Below, one piece after another: positions 34,003-43,249 of a stretch of 64,000 bases of DNA. The notes below the pieces were generated by a model, which worked only from the letters and a program-made list of their open reading frames with translations, was not told the origin of the DNA and made no database searches. The stretch is from Blepharisma stoltei ATCC 30299 (lineage: Eukaryota; Protista; Ciliophora), in contig CBFDEM010000045.1 of NCBI GenBank assembly GCA_965603825.1, positions 310,001 through 374,000 on the forward strand, written 5' to 3'. A program made the position numbers and the translations under genes. How positions within the stretch are numbered: the first letter of the stretch is position 1; each line of letters opens with the position of its first letter.

Positions 34003-34845
34003 ATGTTAGCTGAAATAATAAGGTTAATAGAATCTCGTATACAACTAGATGAAGGACAGAGAGGAATAAGAGCATTAATACAGCCGAATTCAGCGTTATT
34101 TTCAGCTGCCAGAGAGCTTTCAGGCCTGAAAAGTATAGGGATTCTGACTGGGTTCCCATGCATTCAGAATAATAATCCTCCAATTGAAAATGATGGGATT
34201 GGAGGAACTCTAGCCATTGCAAGAGCTATTGAAAGTTGTGGAGGACACTCAACAATTCTTATTGATTCTCCATATGTAGAGGTAATCAAAAACTTATCTG
34301 ATTGGCACAATCTACAATATGGGTCTCATATAAATGTGTCTTCAAGCAGAAACTTAGAGTTTGATGGGATTGTTTCTATAGAGAGATCAGGAAGAGCTAA
34401 AGATGGGAACTATTATACAATGAGAGGGAGAAATATTTCAAATCTCTTAGAACCACTTGATGTAATTTATATGGAAGATAAAGACATTGGAGTCAAAGTT
34501 GGGATTGGGGATGGCGGAAATGAAGCTGGGATGGGGAATTTGATTGGACTGGTGGAAAGATATATACCAAATGGGGAACTAATTGCTTGCAATGTTAGGT
34601 GCCATCATCCAATAGTTTCGTCTGTTTCTACATGGGGTGGCTATGGCTTAGCTTTTGCGATGTGCTTATGCAAGAATGTTCCAGCTGTTGTTAATAATGC
34701 TCAAGAGAGACAAATAGCAGAAAAAATATGTGAACTTAATATAAGAGATGGAGTTACAGGTTTGCCGACAGTTTCAATAGACGGACTAGACTGGTCAGTT
34801 ACTGATAATATTATCACTGATCTATCAAGGCTTGCTAATTCTTAG
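34003..34845 (+). CDS. D-glutamate cyclase-like protein (DUF4392 domain)
   Basis: DEGQRGIRAL, LTGFPC, ENDGIGG, SIERSGRAKDGNYYTMRG, GIGDGGNEAGMG, SVSTWGGY, DGVTG, SIDGL. Confidence 0.85.
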   Translation: MLAEIIRLIESRIQLDEGQRGIRALIQPNSALFSAARELSGLKSIGILTGFPCIQNNNPPIENDGIGGTLAIARAIESCGGHSTILIDSPYVEVIKNLSDWHNLQYGSHINVSSSRNLEFDGIVSIERSGRAKDGNYYTMRGRNISNLLEPLDVIYMEDKDIGVKVGIGDGGNEAGMGNLIGLVERYIPNGELIACNVRCHHPIVSSVSTWGGYGLAFAMCLCKNVPAVVNNAQERQIAEKICELNIRDGVTGLPTVSIDGLDWSVTDNIITDLSRLANS

Positions 34846-35060
34846 GAAAATAAACTTAAGATTATTGAAAAAATAAATTATGCATCCTTCTGACTAGCAA
34901 AATGATTTTCGTATGCTAAATCATGGTTTTACATATGCAAGATATTTTTATTTCGCCAAAGAAAATACTGAACTTTTACAAAAGGATTACGATCTTCTTT
35001 AAAGCATAAGCTTCTTAAAATCGGCCTTATCCATTTTAATCTGTTTGATATAAAGACAAA

Positions 35061-35615
35061 ATGGGGCTTCTCACAATCTTAAAGAAAACAAAGGAAAAAG
35101 AAAGAGAAGTCCGTCTTCTTATGCTAGGCCTTGACAATGCAGGAAAAACTACGATTTTAAAAAAATATAATGGTGAAGACATAAGTTCTATCAGTCCAAC
35201 TTTAGGGTTCAATATAAAAACATTGGAATATCAGGGCTACAAGCTTAATGTCTGGGATGTTGGCGGGCAAACAACAATTCGTTCTTATTGGCGAAACTAT
35301 TTCGAGCAAACAGATGGTCTCGTATGAGTAGTAGATTCAGGAGATAAGATCAGGCTTGGAGATTGCAAAAAAGAATTGCACCAGCTTCTGCTACAAGAAA
35401 GACTGGCAGGAGCTTCATTGCTTGTCTTTTGCAACAAGCAAGATCTTCAAGGTGCTTTAACAATGGAAGAAATAAAAGAGTTTCTAGAACTTGATAACTT
35501 TCAAACTCGACATTGGGCGGTAGCCCCATGTAGTGCTGTTACCGGAGAAGGTCTGATTAGCGGGATCGAATGGATTGTGGGAGATATTGCATCAAGAATC
35601 TTTACAATGGACTAA
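35061..35615 (+). CDS. ARL2: ADP-ribosylation factor-like GTPase 2
   Basis: [28 protein letters not shown](TGA)VVDS, NKQD, CSAVTG. Confidence 0.95.
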
Positions 35616-35643
35616 TAGTTCATTATTTACTAATCATCTAACA

Positions 35644-36631
35644 TTAAAAACAAAAAAATCTAGTTCTACAGCACCCTATTAATTCGTTTTCGCCTTCGTA
35701 TTTGATTTCCATCTCTCCTTCTTCTCCAAATCTGGACACAAAAATATCGCCGTAGAGCTGAGCAGACCCGAAGTTTGGGAAATCGTCTTTTTGGTAGAAA
35801 TGAGGACTGAATAGGACATGAGAAGGACTCTCAACTTTCATATGTGTAGATTTTATTGAAATTATGCTCATGTCGCTAGAGTTGATTCTATCTTTGTCTT
35901 CTTCAATTCTTATAGATTTTTGAAGCTTTTCCTTTAACTCTTTTATTTTCTCTTGTACTGTTTGCATTTTTCCATCAGTCTCTGCAATTGCTGACATTTG
36001 AATTTTAATTTTCCCTTCTAGGTCAGGAATTTTCTTTTTAGAAGCTAGCAAAGTTTCTTGTTTGAGCTTGAATTCTACCACAAACCCAATTCACTCAGCT
36101 AGAATTCCTGCGCCTTTACTTATTTGAGATACTTTGCTAAGGATAGTCTCTTGGGTCTTTCACATTGGCAATATTTCATTCAACTGTTCTTCAGAGATTA
36201 GTTCTGGAGATATATTTATCATTAAATTCGAAAAATTTGTAAAGTTTTTTGCTAGACTCTAATATAAGAAATACTTTAAAGCTTCTTCAAGACCGCTCTT
36301 TTCTATTAAATATCACCAGCATTTTTTCACTTAAATTAACAATAGCGGAGGATGGGTTTTTTAGCCTGATCAGCTCACTGCATAAATCTTTGTTAAAAGA
36401 AAGTGAAGTTTTTTTGAGTCCTTCTATAGCCCTTTCTGTCTCTTGGATAAAAAAGTCAATTTGCTGCTTTGTGAGAAGCAATTGAGAGGTAAGTCTTTCT
36501 AAGCGCTCTTTTTCAGCTTTAAGAAGCTTTTCTTTGTATGTAAATTCGTTTTCTAGCTACGTAAATAGTACTCTACGGAGCTCTTTTCGGAGAAGAGCTA
36601 TAGCATTGCATTCAAATTGGGACTGCTCCAT
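35644..36631 (-). CDS. 318-aa protein with a dynein stalk/microtubule-binding-domain-like core
   Basis: Introns 36557-36571 (15 nt) and 36259-36274 (16 nt) plus three TGA=Trp give one ORF: coiled coil, ELIRLKNPSSAIVNL...SWRSFKSL...F...ISPELISEEQL...SKGAGILAEWI, coiled coil, C-terminal CCRTRFFCF. Confidence 0.7.
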
Positions 36632-36981
36632 ATTGTCAATTACATTTCATTTGAATGCTGATATTTTATTTATTAAAACAATTTATATTCTGGATAATTG
36701 ATGATTAAGCACAAAGGTTTTCTTATGAAACAAGTGCATTAGATAATATTGTCTCAATTGATTCTAAAAATGTATTTATGCATTTTACCTTAATTATTGA
36801 TCCCATTATGATAACAGGTTAGAATTTATTACGTCATAATTTTGCCCTGCTTAATAATTGAGATAATTTTAAAAAGAATATTCCTATTCATAGATACTGA
36901 AAATTAAAAATAATTTTAAAGAAGATATAATCACAGATCGAAATCAAAGCAGTAATTTTAAGAAATAAACATTTTTTTGAT

Positions 36982-37701
36982 ATGGTTTCTAGCGATGAGA
37001 ATGAAAAGATAGAAGAAAGCAAAGAAGCGCATCCATCAATAAGCAGCACTCCCAACTCAAAGCGAAGCAAATGGGCATTACTTAGAAATGTTCTAAAAGC
37101 AATTACTCTTCTCAAAGTTCATGATGCCGACCCTGCTGTAGAAGTCAACGAAATCCTAGTCAAAATCCAACAAATCCCTACAGACAAAGCTTACAGGATG
37201 AAAGAGAAGTCCAGAAAAGACTCATCCCCATATAGTATTGCACTAAGTGATTTAAGAAGGGAACAGACTTTGTTTAGATGCGCAGAACAAGGCCGTGGAG
37301 AAGATCTGCAAAGGCTCGTTTGGGAAATAGACAATAACCCTTATCGATATTTAGTACCAGCAACTCATCCTCAATCATTCTTAAATAAACGAAACGGGGA
37401 AGGGAAAACTGCTCTTTATGTTGCCTGCAAAAATGGGAATTTAGAAGTCGTAAAAATCTTGATTGAGAAAGGAGCTGTCCATCAAATTACTTCTGTTATT
37501 GAAAAAGAAGAAGAAACTTGCTTGGAGGTTGCAGTGAGATGGGGACATAAAAAAATCGTTGAGTTCTTATTAGAGAGCTGTAAATGATCATCATCGGAAC
37601 TGCAAAAATCATTGAAAGTCTGCAGACATAAAGATCTTGAAATTTTACTTAAGAAAAATCTGAAAACTAAAAATAAAGGATGTCAGTGCTATATATGATA
37701 G
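36982..37701 (+). CDS. Ankyrin-repeat protein
   Basis: GKTALYVACKNGNLEVVKILIEKGA and ETCLEVAVRWGHKKIVEFLL. Continues through TGA 37585 and ends GCQCYI-TGA-TAG. Confidence 0.85.
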
Positions 37702-37946
37702 AGCTATTCAGCTCAATAAAGCAATTACATCAAAAAATTAAGATGTAATTAATTTATGTTTGATTTAAGAAAGTTTTTCGTAATTTTAGTCAATTTAAAC
37801 TTTTCATAATTTTTAAAAAGATATATTTTTGAAAATCTATGTTATACATTCTGGGGTTTGATTTCTTTAATAATTAATTAAGCTAATTGATTATTTCATA
37901 AAATTGCATATGATTGAAAAAGATTAACGAAAGACCAAATGAATTT

Positions 37947-39602
37947 ATGGATTATTATATTACATTAATGGTATCACTTACAAACGAAGAGGTCCGAAAT
38001 AACCCAAGTATTTTAAGTTTATACGTCCCTAAAGCTGTTGCCTCACCACCCATCCTTTCCGATTTGCTCAGCCTGAGTTGGCTGCCCCTTTCCTCTGAGA
38101 ATCCTCATCTCTTACATGATCTAATATCATTGACTAAGTTCATCCTCTCTACAAGCAACCCTACACACATACGCTCCCTCCTTTCAACCCTCCTGATCAG
38201 CCTCGTCGAGTAACTCCTATTTAGTCCCTCATTTGAGAAGCCCAAAGGAATTCTGAAGCTGAAAAATAAAATATTTTCTTCAGCCAATGAACTCAAGTTT
38301 TACATCGTCGGCATCCTTAAATCCCATGGCTTAAATGAAAAAATCACTGGTGAGACTGAAGAGCTGATCAAAGCTCTTTTTCACTACCATCCTTCAAGCA
38401 AAGACAAGTTTGAAAACATACAAAGCATAAGCATTGGTGTACATAAAGAAGAAAACAGAGAAAACAGGTGCTTTGTTATACACACAGAAGGCTCAGAAGC
38501 AAAAATTTCCTACGTTAAAGCTATTGCTGGATTTGTTCAATGCATGGACCAGCAAGCTGAACAGGAAGTGCTTAATAATATTTATAAAGTCGCTGATAAA
38601 GTTATTGAACTGATTGCGTCATCAGTAGAAAAAAACCCTGTGCTTCTGCCTTTTGTTAAGTCAAAAATTAATGATGCATTTCCACACAGACGAATGGACA
38701 TTGCAATCCAAAAATTTTTCTTAAGAAATATCCTTATTTTATCACAAAAGTGCAAAGTGCTTGAAGACTTCATTTTACACAAAATAATTGAGAAGCTCAT
38801 TGAAATAGAAGTTGAAGGCAGCTATGAGAAACTTGATGTTTTACTGCTAGTTCTGTTAGAGCACCTTCAAGCAAGTGTTAATGACTCTCTGTATAATTCT
38901 CTCATAAAGATTTTTGAGGAACTTATACTGCCAACATACCAAGTGAAGTATATTCTGCTCATAATTCTCAACATTTGCCAGGCTGGCAAAGAAGATTATG
39001 CAGAGGTTTTCCTTAGCATGCTAATAAAAAAGATTTTCGCAAATGAATTTGTTGAGTCTTCCTCAGCTTGCCTTGTTTCTTTCCTCGCAGAGTATTCCGA
39101 ACAAATTTTGCCTTGTGCAACATACCTTATTTATTACTGCCTTCGAGCAGTCAAAAAAAGATCAAGCTGCAAGAACTGCTTTATTGTCTTAAAATACCTT
39201 CTCTACCTATTTGCTATCAAGCCTGAAGTCTTAGACGACGAAGAGCTCTTACACAAATTCAAAAAGCTCATCCGACATAAAGCAAAGCCTCTGAAATACA
39301 CAGCATTGCTTGAGCAAGTGAGCTACCAGCGCGTTTTCGAAATCGTGGGAATTGAAGAGAGGATTTGCTCTGACAATTTCCACCTGCCGTTTAAGTACGA
39401 CCTGAGGGACCTGAAAGGAGTTGCTGAGTACATGGGAAAGACTCAAGCTTCCTGGTTCAGGAAAAAGAGGAGAAGAGGACTGAGTTTTGATGATGGGAAT
39501 GAGAGGTACTTGAAACAACGAGGCTTTTCATTTGATGAGACGAAGCTTATGGAAGTAAGTGACAATGTGAGTAGCTCTGAAACGAATGTGCCATATAATT
39601 AA
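37947..39602 (+). CDS. RRN3: RNA polymerase I initiation factor RRN3-like, with inserted DeCL/DUF3223-like domain
   Basis: 15-nt intron 38210-38224 joins the ORFs. RRN3 motifs FPHRR, FLRNIL, IIEKLIEIEVE, EKLDVLL, IFEELILPTY. Insert at ~38250-38535. Start uncertain. Confidence 0.78.
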
Positions 39603-39724
39603 TGGTAACTTCTTATCAAATCTCTGAGGCTTACCACTGAAACTTATCTTCGTCCGTCTGAGGATTTTGGAACTGTTTGTAAGTGCATGCTGGAATTTGT
39701 ATAAATCTTGCATATAATTATAAA

Positions 39725-41182
39725 ATGGTAAAGAGAAAGCAATCAAAAGCTCTGCCTGGGAAAAGGTTTTGCAAGCAGTGCGAACAAATGATACCGATAC
39801 ACAGCCGAGTTTGCCAATTTTGTAATGCGCCTCAATATACGATTCAGCAGATTGCAAAAGAATACAAGAAGAGACTGAAAGCAATAACAGATGATGATGA
39901 TGTCTTAGACAAATATAAAAATTTGTTTACCAAGGATAATCCTTTTATTACTGAACTCAAAGACCAAACTATGTATTTTGAAGATTTACCGAAAGAAATT
40001 GCTGTAGGGAACGAGATTGAAGTTCTAGTTAATGGAACTTCCAAACATATTGGGTATTTGGAAGCTGAAAAAATTGATAAAATTTCAGTAATTAATGCAG
40101 GAGGGGATACAGTCTCTCTGGCTTGGGCATTTAGAAGTGATGATGCTCAATATCTGGCGATCTCAACATTACCATATGGAGAAAAGCTATATTATGGACA
40201 TGTTTACCAAGGTTATGGGATCATCCAAATTTGGAAAATTGCAGAAAGCCCAAGTTTCAGCTATGGAATTGTACATTATGGAAAAGCAGCTCTTGATATG
40301 AAATGGCTGCCAGCTTATAATACAGCAAGCGATATTATTGGCACACTTGCTGTAGCACTTGCCAATGGAGAAATTCATATCTATAATCCAATTATTGTAG
40401 ACTCACAGACAAAAGCACTCAATATAGCTCCAATAGAAACTTTTTCTATTCCAGAATTAGTCTTTTCCTGCATTGTCTGGATTGACCCAGTAAATTCCCT
40501 AGCTGCAGGAACCCAAGATGGCTCAATCTTCATTTTCCGGTCATGCTCCTCAAAGCCAGTTCTTTCAATCTTTTCAGCCCATAAGCTGCCGATTTCTTCA
40601 ATAAATTGGTGTAATTCAAGCTCTTGCATTGCTTCTTGTTCTCTTGATGGCCTTCTGAAGTTATGGGATAAAGAAGGAAAAGTCTTAGACGAGATCTGCT
40701 CAAGCAAGCGGTGGAGCTATCACCTTTGCTCGAATCCTCTGGGTACTTATTTATTTTTTGACAATGATGGAGCCATAAGTCCTCATAAAGTTGTGAAGCT
40801 TGAAGGAAGAAAAATAAAAAACAAAAAATATGTTAATTTGTCATCTGAAGCTACCCTTAGTACTTGTTTTTCACCTGTCAGTAGCTATGCTTATATTGCT
40901 TCAGTTGATGGATTTATTGCAGGAATATTTTTATCAGAATTAGAGAAAAGTTTTAAGAAGAGGAAAAGCCCATGGAGCAGGCATTGCAAAATAGTTAGCC
41001 AAAGTATTGGAGACGTCATTACAATTGAGTCTTCAAAGCATCAGTCGTCTCTAGAAAAGACTCCTAAAAAGTCCCTCTGTGACTTTGCAAGCGCAATCAC
41101 ACACATAGAGTTGACTCTAAGAGGGAACAGTGACATTATTGCATGGGGTGGAAGAATTTGTGGAATAATGGAATTAAATTAA
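39725..41182 (+). CDS. WD40 protein, TFIIIC subunit 2 (GTF3C2/Tfc6)-like, with N-terminal CxxC..CxxC ribbon
   Basis: INAGGDTVSLAW, QYLAIST, GIIQIW, YGIVHYGKAALDMKWLP, GTLAVALANGEIHIY. Confidence 0.65.
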   Translation: MVKRKQSKALPGKRFCKQCEQMIPIHSRVCQFCNAPQYTIQQIAKEYKKRLKAITDDDDVLDKYKNLFTKDNPFITELKDQTMYFEDLPKEIAVGNEIEVLVNGTSKHIGYLEAEKIDKISVINAGGDTVSLAWAFRSDDAQYLAISTLPYGEKLYYGHVYQGYGIIQIWKIAESPSFSYGIVHYGKAALDMKWLPAYNTASDIIGTLAVALANGEIHIYNPIIVDSQTKALNIAPIETFSIPELVFSCIVWIDPVNSLAAGTQDGSIFIFRSCSSKPVLSIFSAHKLPISSINWCNSSSCIASCSLDGLLKLWDKEGKVLDEICSSKRWSYHLCSNPLGTYLFFDNDGAISPHKVVKLEGRKIKNKKYVNLSSEATLSTCFSPVSSYAYIASVDGFIAGIFLSELEKSFKKRKSPWSRHCKIVSQSIGDVITIESSKHQSSLEKTPKKSLCDFASAITHIELTLRGNSDIIAWGGRICGIMELN

Positions 41183-41225
41183 ATTTGATTTATTTACATC
41201 TATCTTCATAAATAAAATATTATCT

Positions 41226-42305
41226 TTACTTATAGTATCCCCTCGCCATCAAATGCCTTCTTCTTATTTCCTTTTTCTTCCTTGAAATATCCGCATATAT
41301 TCTATCTCTGTATTCTCTTATCGTCAATTTTCTGTTATCATCAATTGAAATTCTAATCGTATTCGGGCAAGCTGGTTCATCATCGGAGTTATGAAACTGC
41401 GCCACATAAGGATGTCTGAGTGCTTGCTCAACAGTCAATCTCTTCAGTGGGTTAAACTGGAGAGTTCTTCTTATTAAATCGAGTGCATCATCAGAAGCCG
41501 AAGGGAAGAAGTCATGAAAGCTCCTTGTTCTCGTCGGAGGGAGACTTTCAAGCATGGTGGCTGCCAAATTGCTTTGAATTGACTCTATATCTTCTTGGGT
41601 CGGTCTGCCAGTAAGCTCCAAGATCCTATCCAACTGGTTTAGAGTTGAAGTCCCTGGGAAAATTGGCTTCCCAGCCAACATTTCACCAATTATGCAGCCC
41701 ATGCTCCACATATCAACTGCTTTAGAGTACTTAGTCGACCCCAGCAGGATTTCTGGTGCTCTATACCACCTGGTCGCTACATAATCAGTCAGTACCGGGT
41801 TCGAGCCTTCTTCTTGTGCAGCCACTGAACGAGCAAGGCCGAAGTCTGCAACCTTGACAAGGCATTCTGAGTTCAAGAGGACATTCGAAGGCTTAAGATC
41901 ACGGTGCAAGAGCTGGCCTGAGTGCATATATTTAAGCGCCTTCAAGATCTGATAGCAAATGTACTGCTTATGAATGTCTTCCAAAATCCCTGCTCGAATG
42001 ACCGCGTGTAAATCTGTTTCCATGAAATCAAAGACCAAGTAAATATCTCTGTCGTTTTCAGCTCGGATCACATTGAGCAGCCTCACAATGTTCTCATGTC
42101 CGTTGAGCTCTTGCAGGAACATGATTTCTCGGAAGGTTCTTTGTGCATCTGTTGCGTTTTGAAAAGCATCAAATACCTTTTTTAAGGCTACCACTTCACG
42201 AGTTTTCTTGTCGATTGCTTTCCAGACTATCCCGTAAGCTCCTTTGCCGAGCTTTTGGAGGATTTCGTACTTCCTTAGGATATGCGATTCAATTTCCTCA
42301 CTCAT
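41226..42305 (-). CDS. MAPK15: MAP kinase ERK7/MAPK15
   Basis: FDAFQNATDAQRTFREIMFLQEL, TDY activation loop, VATRWYRAPE. Confidence 0.93.
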   Translation of the reverse strand: MSEEIESHILRKYEILQKLGKGAYGIVWKAIDKKTREVVALKKVFDAFQNATDAQRTFREIMFLQELNGHENIVRLLNVIRAENDRDIYLVFDFMETDLHAVIRAGILEDIHKQYICYQILKALKYMHSGQLLHRDLKPSNVLLNSECLVKVADFGLARSVAAQEEGSNPVLTDYVATRWYRAPEILLGSTKYSKAVDMWSMGCIIGEMLAGKPIFPGTSTLNQLDRILELTGRPTQEDIESIQSNLAATMLESLPPTRTRSFHDFFPSASDDALDLIRRTLQFNPLKRLTVEQALRHPYVAQFHNSDDEPACPNTIRISIDDNRKLTIREYRDRIYADISRKKKEIRRRHLMARGYYK

Positions 42306-42326
42306 TCAAATTATTGAGTTTCATTT

Positions 42327-42959
42327 TTAGTTACTTTTTAAGGTTAATCTCACAATATAAATCGGATTACTTTCAATTGTCTCTACTTCTAAGCCTACTC
42401 TGGCAGCAACTTCGAAGAATAGCCTCTGCAGAGGGTTGAATCTGATTGTGTGATTGGCTAGGATTGAAAAGCCATGGGAATTTAAGGAAAGACTGATAGT
42501 TCTAAGGAGAGGGTGGATGAAATCTTTGTCATAGCTGAGTTAAAATTACATCACGTCACTGCCTAAGATTACGTCGAAGCTTCCTGCGGATTCTCCTCAT
42601 AAAAAGTGTGAGCTTCTGGCATTTAAGGAGTTTGCTTCGATATTTTCTTGAATCAAATCAACTGACTAAATGGAATGTACTTCTGTGTTTCCGTCTGTTA
42701 TAAGAACTGTGGAGCCTGGAAAAGTTTTGGCAGTGAAAAGGCCAACTAATCCTGTGCCTGCTCCGAGCTCGAGAATTGATGATGTGGGAGGTATTAAAGT
42801 TGGGATTAGTGAGCATAGCTTTTCAGCTGATGGTCATAGAGTTAGATGCATTTCTGTGTCAAGCTGGCCAGAGTCTCTTGGCTTTAATTTTAATTTCAAG
42901 CCCATAACAAGCTCTTCTTCATACTGTATTTCTGAAGCAAACAATGAGCCAATATCCAT
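42327..42959 (-). CDS. Family-16 (METTL21/EEF1AKMT-like) protein lysine methyltransferase
   Basis: Missed by the ORF track. Introns 42666-42680 and 42535-42549 plus two TGA=Trp give LWPSAEKL, ILELGAGTGLVG, ITDG, LWG, FDVILGSDVIYD. Confidence 0.88.
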
Positions 42960-43249
42960 CTTAATTTGCTTAAATTTTTATCTGCACTTGAATGTCATAT
43001 ATTGCTAAATTTGCTCAAAAGATATTATTGCAGATATCTATTTAAAAGCGCCACATAATGGAGACTTTATATTTAAATTATTTTTTTTTGAATTCTTATT
43101 TTGCATCTTTTTTTGAAATGAAAACATTCTATAAATGCTTTAGTCTCTCTTTATTTACTTTCTTGCTACTATTTATTATTAAATGCATTTCTTTCAAAAT
43201 TTTCCTAGTTTCGTTGTTTGAAATCCGATATCTTTAATTCCTAATAAAC

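Noticed and set aside
42670-43008. 112-aa plus-strand ORF in the track
   Set aside because: Antisense to the intron-containing methyltransferase, which has clear family motifs.
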